A stretch of 64,000 nucleotides of DNA from Utricularia gibba (lineage: Eukaryota > Plantae > Magnoliophyta), in the NCBI GenBank assembly GCA_002189035.1, contig CM007991.1:496001-560000 (forward strand), written 5' to 3'. Under the pieces are notes generated by a model. It ran no database searches. It was not told where the DNA came from and saw only the letters and a program-made list of their open reading frames with translations. Positions within the stretch are counted from its first letter, which is position 1; every line of letters begins with the position of its first letter. A program made the translations under genes and the position numbers. This document shows positions 28,394-42,300 of the stretch, piece by piece.

Positions 28394-30364
28394 AATAATG
28401 TTTCCAACTGGGCTCAATTATTCACATTTGGAAGCACTTCCTCTCTGTCCATGTCTTGATCGCTTTTAGAATATGCACCACACCAGAAACAACAGTCTCA
28501 GAAGATCATAAATTAAAGGGATCAGACATGGTGATACTTCCTTCCACGTTTTCGTTTCCTGTCTAAATCATCTGCAAGGCTTAGACTTTCGTAGCAACGA
28601 AAGGGATGAGTTCTGATCACATATTTCGAGTGTCTGTAGACTTTTGATTGCCTGTTCAGACACCTCCACTGCCCATGTGGGCGTCTTATTGGGCAACATG
28701 GTGGGTAACTTTCAGTCACATCTCAACACACCAACTCCAGTTCATCAACCAGAATTTGGATGAGCAAACTGTTGAAGCTAAATACACAAAATATAAATTG
28801 TATTTAGTCTAATCAATTACTAATGAATTATAATTTATTATATATTTAATTATATTAATTTATTTTACAATATCTGATTGTGTGATAAAATATCTATATT
28901 TAATCTGATTAATACATATTTTTTTAAATGATTATAAATAATTTTTAAATCATAAATTAATCTAATTTTTGTTATTTAATTCCAATAGATCTAACATTCA
29001 AAAATTAAACTTAATTATTATTAGAAACCTATAATTTATTATATATATTAAAATATTATATTATTTTTATAAAAGATTTTATTAATGTTTTTTTGATGAG
29101 ACCTCGGGCTGTGATTGTGGGAGTAGTCACGTCAGACCTCAAGAGGCGGATCCGATACGTATCGGATACCCGTGTCACCGATAGGAGTATGCCATGCTTC
29201 TTCTCTACGCCACTTTCACCAGAAACTGGTCACATGATTCTACTTCGACTCTTGAAACCCATTTGGCTGACTTTACGCCTCTTCATGACGTATTCCTTGT
29301 ATTGGGAATGGCCTTCCTCTGGGGGCGTCTAATCAAACAGCTGTGATGCACTGCGCCCTTTGCCCTGCCTTTCTGTGCGGCTGCTACTTTTCTTCTCTCT
29401 GTTTATCAGACTGCAATGCGATCTTACTGCCAATACATGGAACACTCCTACACTGCAACAGCTACACAATTTCATACCGTTTCGACTTTCTAATCGAACA
29501 AGCTTCACAATGAACCAACTAAATCATCAAGTTCGGTGTTCTATCATCACTATCAGGGCAACTAACTGCTCAGAAATCCTTTCTCATCTCTCTCAGGCAA
29601 AAGAGAGTGATTGTCCATTGCTGATCAAGCATTGGTTTGCCTCCTCACCTCGGGCAACTGTGAGAGTGGATGCAGATTGACACCTGTTTAACAAATCCAT
29701 CTGTTCTTTTTTTCTTTTTTTGCAGGAAAATGAGCACCTGTCAACATAAAATTACATCAACATATGTGAATTGGGAGCTACGGGGAACCATCTTTTCCAA
29801 TACTGGTTTACTTCATGGAAAGAAAGACCAAGGATGGACAAACTCGCTTCCCTGTCATAGATATAGCTGACATTTGGTAGATGACGACTCGCATGGCATC
29901 GAATCTGCAGCCATCACTTCCCTTCGACTTCGTTTTTCCGTGGTGGCAAATAGAATGGGAGGCAGCTTTACAATGTTATGCTGGAAAGATGGAGCGCGCC
30001 CCCACAAAAGCCAGCAGGCCAAATAGTCGAATCTGAAGAGCAACGTCTAGTGACATTAGGATAGGGTTTAGCACGATCAACATAGTGGTCCTTGACAGAC
30101 ATATGCAAGGTTCACTAGAGAATGTATAACGAGAAAAATGCAAACGCGATCCTAGAAACAAATTCAGCTTTGCTGTTGTTTTCTATTTCTACCCCGACTT
30201 TAAGATCAATTATTTTCCCAGCTTGGGAAGGTTTGCAAAACTTAGGGTGGAGACAATGATGTGAAAGCCGAAGATTAAGAAAAGGCATCCCCTAAGATTA
30301 TCAGTTGAACGCTAAAATCGCATTACCACAGAGAAGGATAGCTGTGAGACATGGGCTGACAAAG

Positions 30365-33300
30365 TTAAGCAGCAAGCTTCTTAACCGTCATCTCCTTTAG
30401 AGACCGAGATAACCTAAAGAAAATTTTGAGGCTCTGCCCTACTTTATCCTGCAAAAGCAACCGTAGAGCAAATGTGAATGAACAGAGCTACATGCTACAG
30501 GAGAAAATAAGCACAGTGCAATTTAAATAATAACCACAGGTTTCAAAACTTTCGAGTATGAAAGGTGAATCTTTAAAATGTACGATACAGATGTGGCCTT
30601 GTGTAGATGCCAAACCTTTATGCTAGGGATGTGATGCCCCAGAACGCACACAATAGAGGACACTCAATAGACGTAAAGCAATTGCACAAGTATGCGCAGC
30701 CACCCAGAGCAAAAAAGTGCTTTTTGTGACTCACAACTCAAACCATGTTTTCTGCATGCTATTAACCATCACCCAAGCAACACACCACAAAGCCCTATGG
30801 ATTTTTGATTGAATTATCATACAGCCAAATCTTACTGGAAGTAAGGAAAAATCAGCATGTTAATATACGGAAACACAAGAGAATATTTACCTCATTCATC
30901 AATTCAAATTTTTCGAGAATCAGATTTAGTTCTCCCAAAAGAGCATGATCATCCATTCGAGTAATAATTTCACTGCAATGTGTGAGACAAGCGTCAGATA
31001 ACGGCCATAACTTTGTGCATGTGAAATGCAAATAGACTTTTTTTCTCAGTGTTAAAAGAAATTACGCGTACCTATTCTGGAAATGTACAAGGGTAATATT
31101 CATAATATTTTTTGCAATAAGAAGCAAATAAACGATAAGCTGATTTGCATGTCCAGCTGCCCGGCACATGCCAATCATTGCAACACCTGTCCTGTAACAA
31201 GAAAGACAGAACCACTCAAAATTCAGAGCTTCGCCATGTGATAATCATGAAAACCATGCATTGTTTATCTTACGCGCACAATAAACAAAGGATGCTTGAG
31301 AATATATCCAGTACAAGAGCAGATTCAGTTTTGTTGACTATGTTTTTATAAAAGCAAGGAAATTAAAATTTTAAATCCCCGCATACCTGTTCTTTATACT
31401 TTCTGAAGACGACATATAATCTCTTTGTACATACAAATCGATGATTTGATCTACTTCCTGTCTCGAGAACTCTGTAATGTCCTTGATCTGGAATTTTGAA
31501 AGAAAAGTTTATACTGAGATCAATACCACTGAATGCTAACCCGCTTAAGGTATGCAAATGTACCTTGTTGAGAAGTAGAAATTTTTCCCCAGTAATTGTT
31601 TCAAGTGCATTTGCCAAATAACCGAGAAAAGAAACAAGTAAAAATAAAGTTGGCTGTTGTGATGCAGCTGGAGCATTGTAATCAGTAGGGAGATCAATAA
31701 CCTGGAGAATACACAAAAAATGTAATATCATATCTATTATTTCTAGAACAGGGGTTTATCCCAATTTATATAGAATCAGTTCAGCATACCGGTAACATCA
31801 ATGATTTCTTGGTGACAAGAGAATGGAGATAAGAGCTCAAACTAACACAAAGTCTGGCTAAACTCAAACCAGCTTCCCTCTTGATCTAGAGAATCAACGT
31901 TATAAACAATGTGTCAACTTACAATATAAAATGAGTTCAATGACGGTGATTACCTCTGATTGCAAAGCTGCTGAAGAGAAGACTTCTGGCTGACGAGAAA
32001 AAACTGAACGAATAATTACAAAAATTCTTTGGATGAATCCGTAGTCATCACTTTCTTCGTAAGGCCAAACCTAATCAATACCACTAAACTTTTAGCATGA
32101 CAAATATTTCAGAGAAATAGTAACTTGATGACCGCATAAAAAATATGTTTCAGAAAGCAAGTGCATATGCACAAATTCCTTGCAGCATCTTAAAATAATT
32201 TGAAATTTAACAGATCCTTTGGCTATTCACCTTGCTTATCAGGCTCACAACAAGAAACATTAGTTCTAATGTCAATCCATCTGTATCCAGTGGATCTTCA
32301 TGGAGAATTTGATCAAACAGCGTCTGATGGCCTCTAATGAACTCCATTATTTCACGGGCAACTTTATTCTTCATCTGTTAAAAAACATGAGCAGATATAA
32401 TTATATCCATTACTCCATTTCTCACAAAGAAAAAACAACAGCAGGTATACCTACACAAACAAGAGCAAGCTTTGAACTTGTTAAGCTATGGTAGGCAGCT
32501 TAGAAACAAGATGGTGAATTTGCGTAAATGTAAACGTGCGAAGATTTGAGCTAGTACAATTTTCCCTCTTAACCATATATTATCCCATGCACATTCACCC
32601 ACCATTTTTTCTTGCTATGATCATATATTGTGGAACACATCTTAAGAAATACAAGATCACACATCGCCAACCTTGTAAGATCATTTTAATTATAATGGGC
32701 AGCTGTAACAGATATTGATCACTGAATCATTTAAAAATCAGGCTGTTTGTTTTCAGCAATACATAAAGTGAAGTGTAGGGTTAATTTTCCAAAGGCTCAT
32801 AAATAGTAAAGAAATGGAGAATAATACTCATCGAAAAAAGAAGCATCAACAGGTAAATTCATCAAACCGCAGTGTTGATTTAAGGACTGCTGAGATCGTA
32901 AAAGGGTAAAGATGTGAACCTCAAGAAACTCTGAAGCATCCACAAGTGACGTCAAGGAAAACAAGTATCTTAGGATAGGAGCAGCCACCAATCTCTTTCT
33001 ATCCACATCAACGGAATTTTTTCCAGTCCTGGGACCAAAACGCTGGAATTTTCCCCGAGGAAAAACTAAAGATCATTCCAGTTCCTTTGCATTTCTAAAA
33101 ATAAAACTTGCAATGGAGATACACATTTTATACCTTGACAGGAAGAGATAATGCTTTGCATGACGAAATATGCTGGAGGGAACCCATAGACATGAGAACC
33201 TGCAGTCCTGATTTGCCATACTTGTAACTTATCCTTAGAAGAAGTGATATTTCAGCTTCAAGGGTGAAGAGATGCTGCATGGAGGTAATAGAATGACCGC

Positions 33301-36300
33301 CATCCTGAATCGAGAGATGGGGAATAAAGAAATTACATAAAAAGGAATAACATTTCCACAGCTGAAAACAACCATCTTTTGAAAAGAAAAAAAAATAATT
33401 ACATAAAAGGTTTATTTGAGCAATAGAGAACTGCAAAAAATGAGCAAAAACTTTGGTGATGCACTGTCATATTTTCAAAAGGATAGAGCATACCTCGTAT
33501 GCAAAATTACTGATGCTTGAAAAGCAAGCCCTCAAAAAACCTCTACTTTGGAGTTGGCAACAGAAAAACTTCTCACGATCAATACATATCAAAGCATCCA
33601 ACACATATAGTGACATGGTTTTTATCATTTCACTTCCCTGAGTAGCATCCTTGATAACCTAAAGAGGATGAAGAAGTTGGGAGGGAGGGTTGAATAAAAT
33701 TTCCATCACAATAAGACTCGTTTTTTAAATACCCTCACCAGAAAAAAACCACATCAGGAAAAATAAAAGAACGTCAGAGAAGGCAAAAGAAAAATAAAAA
33801 ACCTTATCCAGAAAGGGCTGGCATTCCTTTCTTATAATTGAAAAATTAAGATTTTCCAATTCACACTGGTCCTTGTCAACCTGTACACATTGTGAACCAT
33901 GAGTTCTCATTGATGATCCAAAAACACCTGAAATATTAGAAGTCGATAAGTTGACAAACCTCATCTAGGTCCAAATCTTCATCTAGCTCTTCAAATGAAA
34001 AGAACTGAAGTATCATCACTGAAACATCTGAATCAAGCACGTGCCGGCAGTACTGGAGATAACTCAGCAGTACCGCATATTGCCTACATAAAGGGCCAAA
34101 AGAAACATGAAAAATGATAGAAAAAAAAAGAGCACTTTAATTTTCAGCATATTGATAGGCAGCCAGTCCAATTCATACGTCAATACCGTTTTCTCAAAGC
34201 TTCTGAGGAATCATGTCTGAGAACAGCAATAATAAGCTTGAACAAAATAGAATGGCAAGAGCCATTGGGCATTTTTTTGGTCATGATCACGTCAAAGCTA
34301 CTAACTGTATCAGGAGTCAACTCCCTGAGGAAGGCAAATCTTTCATTGCGTAATTTGGCCATGCATGTGAGACCAACCTTGGTATAGGAATGACCAAAAG
34401 AATATCAGATAACTTCAGAAGAAGTTGAATAACTTGGACATAAATCCTCGGTTTACCATTAGTGTCTTATACCTGCGTCAACACTTGTGCAGTCTTTAAG
34501 GGACACTCGGGAGAACCAGATGCATCCAGTGTAGAGTCCAATATTCTGTTCACGCATACCTTGGCTTAGTAACATCGAGCTAGAAACATATGTAGAATAG
34601 ATGATAACTTACTGAAATATTATCTCAGAGGGATTCTCAAGGAATGACACCCTTTGAGATATGCAAACCTGAAAGAAGAAGAGATAGAAGGGCATGAAAA
34701 TATTTTGAACATAGGCTTACCATAATCCACAAGAAATATGCTTTGAATGTATAACATGAGGCCTTAAAGAAGAAAAGATAATGATTAGTGTCAGAACATG
34801 TACCTCTACAATTTGAGACCAACTGCTTACAAAATGAAGTTGAGCAGCTTGCTCTTCAAGGTTCTTGTTGTATTTCCAGCCCCATCTCAATAGTTGTTGA
34901 ATTGCATTTCTTGCTTCATTCAACTCGGCCTCAACAACAAGGGAGTTAAGCTGGCTGCACTTCTGTAGGAAAAAAAAAATGGCATTGTAGCTTGTGCATT
35001 TTCTTATATGAATACAAAAAAGCAACCGCATAAAATGGACCTGCCACAGTCTTTCTCTAAACAATGCTAGGTCAATTAGTCGATCACCACGCTCTGAGAT
35101 ATAATAAACACCAGTTTCCAGATCCGTTGAGCTGGAAAGAACATCTTGGGCCTGCAAACAGAACAGATAAGAACCTTCGTGCGTGCAAAAGAAAAAAAAA
35201 CGCTACTTGTCCAGCAGAGCCGTCATCTTACCATGGATAAATACTTTGAACTAGATACAAACTGAGACATCTTTAGAATACCATCCGCAGCTTTATAATG
35301 GATGGCGTCCAGAAATTCCAGTATCTATTACATTCATGTTGGAAAATAATTCTATTAAAGAACAGCCAAGGACGGATAAAAATGAGATATGCAGTGATGC
35401 GTCAATCAATGTATGATGCAACTTTGACAAAAGTGCAATTCCTAACAGACATTAGCATACTAGAGTCATTCGAAAGTTCTCAAACTGTGAAATGATTATT
35501 ATAAATAATGCCCGACTAGTAAACAAATACGAAGTTCTATACAAACTCCTAATAATCCAACACGAAATCTGGACAATGGATGATGGCGTTTGTTAGTCCT
35601 TAAAATTAGATAGCAGCATTACCTTATTCCTTCTAATTACACCACTTGCAGCAGCATCAAGTACATTTTGATGTGTAAAGGAAGCTAAATCATCATCAAT
35701 GTCATGTTCAGCTTGTCTCCCACCAAACAATTCAGTGAGTATATATCTGCATGCATTGCGGTGATTGGCATCCTCCATCTCAGCTGAATGTAGCTCAAAG
35801 GATAAAATCTTCAACAACCATGCTCTCTGGAGCATAAAGACCAATCCACAGTACGCATTAGGTTAGAAACCCAAAGGAATCCCTATGCTGATGAGAGGTT
35901 AGAGGTAAGAACCTGATGAAGGGAGCTTATACGAAGTACTTGATTAGAATCACTCTTCAAAAAGGGAGTAGCACATAAAACATTCAGATGCTGATATTAT
36001 CCCATCATTGGCCCAAAAAAAAAAAGAATTAGTCTAAAATGCTGATTGGCGAGAGGAATATAACAAAAACTAAAATAAAAGTAATGGGAGAAGAGGAAAA
36101 CCTTAGCAAAGAAATAGTACTTTTTGGTACATAACAAGTCCATTGTAGGAGAAGAAGTCATCGGATTGACGCACAACTCATATAGCAGCTGAAAACAGTA
36201 AAAATGAATCATAACAAGTTTGAACAAAACATAATTTAAGACATGCAAACAGCCGGTTAAAAAATAAAAATACTAGAACAGTAATCCATAAACATCAAAT

Positions 36301-39300
36301 AAACCAGTAAAGTTTTCAAACCTGGAAACCAAACTCATGAAGCAGGGCATTAACATCAGGCTTTGCAAGCTTATCTAAAATATCAAGCAGAACCTTCAAG
36401 CAACTACAATGAGAACACAAAACATGTTAAATGCCTTTCCCATCAGAGAAATGGAGAATCAAGTAAGAAAGCAAGCACGTGTAGAGTTTCATATAAACTC
36501 TTGATGATAAGAACCTGTAGTGAAATTTTGGTTGAAGGATTGATCTTTCCACAGGGCCAGTGACGTCAAACTTAAGCAACAGGTGGGTAATATTTGGTGC
36601 TGGTCTACTAATATTCTCGATTAGAAGCTGAGAAATGTAGTCGCATTTTTAGTTCCTGAATATACTGAGGACCGAAACACTAAACTGGCTTTTCAAGCAA
36701 ACTCCAAATAAAATTAAAAAAAAAACCACAATTTTAACTGAACCCCATACACAAAAACACACAGAAAAACTTGTTGCATCTGCAATTTCTCTAGGCTCTG
36801 TATCCTAAATATTTCCAGATAAAAGAATACAGCCACAACACCCAAAACAGTGCTGCATAAAAGCAATTAAGGATTGTGCAAGGCCCCTCGAACTGCAATG
36901 GAAGGAAATCATCTAGTATAAGCTTACTTGCATAATCAATACACCACTATCCATACTGCTATCTTCAATTACTTGGCACTCTTCAGATCGCAGCTCTAAG
37001 CATGCTGCATAATCTTCAGTCAAGGGAGTAGCGTAGTTATTTTTCAATAGCAATGCAGGAAGCCCAATCATGCGTTCACTGCAGTGAACAAGGTAACAAG
37101 ACATAGTCGATACAAATTTGATGAGTAGAACAGCAAGTGAAATCAACAAAGAATCAGAACACTTGCCTTAGAATTTTCATTATCTTGATTGAATACAACT
37201 GAATCTGAGGATCAAAATCATATCTAATGTATTCTAATAAAGTCACAATTTGATTAGGATCTTGTGCGAGTATGACATCCAACGGCTGCATCCATGAAAC
37301 AAACAGGAAGCCAAAAAATATGTTATCTGCACTTGAAAAGATATGAAAGCTGATTGCCTATTTGACGTCCAGATGAAAATAATTAAAAATTCATTGCATG
37401 CACAAAAAAGTAAAGATAAAAGTAAATGAAGTATCAGGGAAACAAGTGGTCATACACACTGCATAATGGGCATACTTCTCTCCTTACACTAAGTAAATAA
37501 GGATAACCAACCATTCAGTAAGATGAAGGCTCAACCATTTGTTATAATTTTTGAAGTACGCCCATATTCTAGTTTCATCTAGTAAAACAGCATTGCATCA
37601 AAAACCCCATTACCTAATTGGAGGGGAGTTGTAGAAGTCCAAAAACCATATAAAATCCCTTCCCTTTATTACCTTTCAGTTTTTCCTAATGCAAATGTCT
37701 CTCATCAATTTTCTCAAGCCTTCTATTGACAATCAATATTTTCTGGAAACCATTGTGCTTCTCACAGATGTTATAAATATATGCAACTGAATGCATGGGT
37801 TTACTCAGAAGATTCACAATAGAATATGCATACCCTAAACTGGAGCTTCTTTGAACCTCTCCCTTTCGGTTCCAACATACCCTAGCATATTCCGATCTCC
37901 GGAACAAAGTGACTTGACCGATAGGGAGAGGAAAGTTGATATACCAACTTGGTAAGAGATGCAAAAGATAGATTAATAATCTAAAAAATTAAAATTAAAT
38001 CAATACCCACTGACGAAGATGGAGAAGACAAAACTCAAATTATCGCCATGGTGTTCAACCCACAAAAAAGAATATCAATTTCACCTGATACAAAGGGCGC
38101 CATAAATCAGAAACAGTTGAATCCTTTTCCAAAACCAGAAAAATGATTTCCATGGAAAGCAAAACAGCTTTCTCAACCAGTTGCCCGTAAATTTGATGCG
38201 TCCGATCCCGAATGAGAAAATTTACTCCAGGTAAAAGGATAGACATAACATTTCGAAACAGAGCTTTCCCGCTCATAAAGTCCTGCACGACACCCACCAT
38301 AAAAACATTAAAAATTTGGTCGTCAATATCAAGAAAGATACTGCATAAGTCAGCAAATGCAAAAATATAAAACATCACCAATCCTTCTGTTCTAAAAAGC
38401 ACAATGCCGAAGTGATTCAGGAGTAACACGCACTTAGACAGACACGCTAGAGGAAAAAACAAGGTAATCGTGTGCCACACAAAACTTTTTCAAAAGCCTC
38501 AGATCATGATGACCCCAGCCTCCTTGTCAACAATGTCCATTTTAGCTCAATGCTCTTAACCATACGCTTAACTAAGAAGTTGGCATGGGATGAAGTTGAG
38601 TCTCTGCTGGAAAAAAATACCTCAACAAGAGTTGAGGAAACATACTCTTAGTCAATAATGGTATGCTGGTGTTCAAATGTAGGAGTCTCATATTCACTCT
38701 CCTTGGTTGGTCAGCATCATTACCAATTTTTGCATACTACCAACCAGAAGGCCTAAAGCTATATCTGACACTCCTGTGACCCACCATCCTAATTGTTTTG
38801 TCTGATTTGCAACCAAAAAAATGAAAACTTCCAGGGGTAATACCCTTCAATACTCTAATCAAGCATCACTGACTCCACGTTTTGGATTGATTCAATATAT
38901 TTGAATCACTTAGACTCGATAATTTCTAAACGTGATTTGTGTGGCATTTTTCCCAAGGGTATACTTCCATCCATTAGGGTGGATCCCAAACCGAGAATAT
39001 AAGACGACTTGGGGGAGTTCAACAACTAACTCATTTCAGAAAAAGGAACCCACTGAAGCCCAACCTCCCCACCCACCCCTCAACCAAAAAGAGGGACGAA
39101 CTCAAAGGGAATTTATCATTGCTGAAGCACCAAAAAATGGGGAATATATACCCTCATGATTTCCACCACAGGAAGCTGGATGCCAGGTTGCGGAGACAGC
39201 CCCATTGCCGAAGTTTGAGAATGGCCACCTACAGCACCAATGTCATCCTCGAAGACATTGTACATGCTCAACATCCTACAGTGCAGGGTCTCAAGTTTAA

Positions 39301-42300
39301 ATATATCATTCTTAGTCCACTGGGGATGCAAAAATAGCTCAAGGCATCCCATATAAAGTAAATATCAACATAGCAAAGGATATAGAACTGCATTATGGAT
39401 AATTATAGTAGCTAAGTGTATCAATTTTAAGTATACGGTTTACTATAGAAGGATGAAGCAACTCACATCTGAAAATGCTTTAAACATCCTATAATCAGCT
39501 GCCATTTCTCTGAAACATTGGCATAGGCCCTTTGAGGGAATGGAGCAAATATGTAATCATATATAAATCTGAAGATGCCAATAAATCTGAAAAAAGACAC
39601 CAGCAGACAAAAGATTCACCAGAAGTAACTAAATGCTATACCGAAAATAGTACAATGTAAAACGTTCATATTACCTACGGCCCCTGTCACTGAAATCTCT
39701 TTCCTCTAAAATAAGGGTGTTTACTAGATTAATGAACGATATAGTAGAAGGGTATTGCTCAGTCTGTGCTTCGATTTCATTCAACTCAAATCTCATATCA
39801 TAAACCTGCATGCGGAAAAGAACATTAAATGCTATTTACAACATTATTCAACAATGCAAAATTTGGACTGAGGCAAAATTAATTAAACAATAAAATCCCC
39901 TCCGAAAATTATACCACTAGTGCTCTACCCACCTACTTGTGCCCCAAAATCCCAACCGAGTAACCTCTTACAACTTATATCAAAATTAACCTTCTTGAAC
40001 CAGCCTTGAAAAAAATGATGAGAAAAAACATCTAAAGAAGATATTATTATCATCATAAGATGGTTTTGACCAGCATTCTGTTCAGAGAACCTGTGTATCT
40101 ATCAACTGCCCACTTTGCCCATCATTTGGCCTGACAACGACAGGAAGGTCATACTGCTCCAGGTATCTCCATATTGTATCTTTCATAACAGGTGAGACAT
40201 TGACGAAACAAGAAATTGCATTACGTAGAGCACCCTACATGCTCAAAACCACAGATCAGTCAGTAGAGGAACAAATTGAAAGCAACAATCAATTTATAAA
40301 CCAGGCGGTCGTGCATATCAAACAAACCTTGAGATACGGAGGAACGTTCTCGTAACTAAGTAGCTTAAATAACGGCTCTATGTTAGGGAACCAATTCTTA
40401 CGATGATGAGGACTTCCATTTTCCATAACCTATCAGATTGGGAAAAAAAAATCATTGAGAAAGACAAAGCCCATGGCATCAATATACCATATAACTCACA
40501 GAGACCATGAGTAAGTGCTCTTAAAATATAGGATGCTATACTTTCTTTTGATGAAAAAGAATAGGCTTCAATCCGACCAATTCACTATGGAGGTCAACAT
40601 GTGCAGGTGAAAGAAAATCAGCTCTGCTAAAAACAGACTAAATATTGTTTATGAATTACTAAATTCACCTGTTTCAGAACATTCAAATATGCCAACAGTG
40701 CTTTCGCATCTCCATGCTGAAATTCTGGCAATAATGCTCCAGAAATCTGCAATGCCTGTTTGTTTCTTTCTTCGTAAATGGATATGCAGTCAAACATCAT
40801 GGTCCAACTTATAGATGCAAAAACCTTCCCTTGAAGCAACTCAAAAACTTTTAACGCCCCCTCCTGATTGCAAGCCTAACTCAACAAAGCAACATCTACA
40901 ACAATAAAATTTAAAAAATAAAACTGTAAAAAGAATGCTTGCTTTCACTTACCAAGGCACTCAACATATTCAAAAAAGCCACAAGTGTGTGGAAGTTTGT
41001 ATGATCTTCACCAGCAAACTTCACAAATGTCCAAATAGCATCGTTACCAATCAGCAACTCTGGTTCGTTCTAAAATCAATTCCAAGGATTGTTAGCATTT
41101 ATATTCCTATTCATACAGTAAAAAGTGAAGGCACATGACGTCATAAATAATGCCAAGAATGAAAACAAATTAACAGACGCGCATGATTGTTCTGCCTTTT
41201 GGAAATCAGATTTCAAAATTCTTCTAATTCTCCATATTAATAAGAAGTGGACATAAGCTACCACAAAATATGATTTTCAAAATCAGCAAAGAAGACAGAT
41301 AATTATAAAAAAAAATAGTGCTAAAAAGAGGAGTGAAACCCTTACAGGGGTAGATTATAAAATCTAATTATTTCACATGGTTAGTTACGGGATGTTCGTT
41401 TCATTTTTTGAATGCAAAGATAATGAGTGAGTGGCTTCTCACCAAAAACTCCCAGAGACCAGCCACACTAAGAAACCACTCATCTTAGGAAACTTGACAT
41501 TAGTGTTTCCAAACGCAAAACAGTCACAAGTTTATCAATGCATGAAAACATCAGAAAGCATCTAGTTCCGGTCCATGCAGATGAGAACAGTAATCAAAGT
41601 AAGTTACACGTATTGATAACAAAACAGCATCTTCACCTTATAAATTTCACCAACGAACTCCAAAAGGGACATAAAAGGCTGAGTCCCAGCATCAGGTGCT
41701 TCACGGGGATGCCCACCACTTTCATTCAAATGGCCAACCAGACCAGAAGCATAATACGGAATGTTCACATTCATAGCTTTTTCTTTGGCTTCTGTTACCT
41801 AATCAAATGATCAAAAAGAAACAATGCCCAGGTGTTTTAGCAAATGTAGTTCATATTCATTGAAATGACAGATTATCCAGACCTTGTCTCTTGCAATGGG
41901 AGAGGAAAGAAAGAAACTCATTTGCTTGTGAAGATAACCATAGTACACATAGGTCATATCTTCATCATCATTCTGCATGAAATATTAAACATCAATCTGC
42001 GTGCTCAACAGTAGTGAACTGAAACGCAGAAAAACAGTTTCTACTATTTATTGACCAATTTCACATGCATACGTGCTTTTATGCCGGCCAATAACATTAT
42101 ATAAACCAGCAAGAAACTAAATGATTAAAAACATCGGTAATGAAATTCCCATCATTAAGAGTAACCAAGCAACAGCAAGAGCTAGCAAAATGATCACAAA
42201 CCATTAATGATAAGGATAATTTTCCGCTAATCCAAGAAGCCAAATTCATTGGTAGGTATGGTGAGGAGGTGGCGACCATTTTCAACATCTAAAAATAGGT

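Noticed and set aside
28780-29090. Very AT-rich intergenic tracts (also 10190-10630, 15420-15940, 46480-47220, 53990-54580) as possible MITEs or Helitrons
   Set aside because: No terminal inverted repeats, target-site duplications or hairpin-CTAG ends could be supported by eye.
29346-29369. ATGCACTGCGCCCTTTGCCCTGCC, similar to miR408
   Set aside because: Only the first 9 nt match and there is no complementary star arm.
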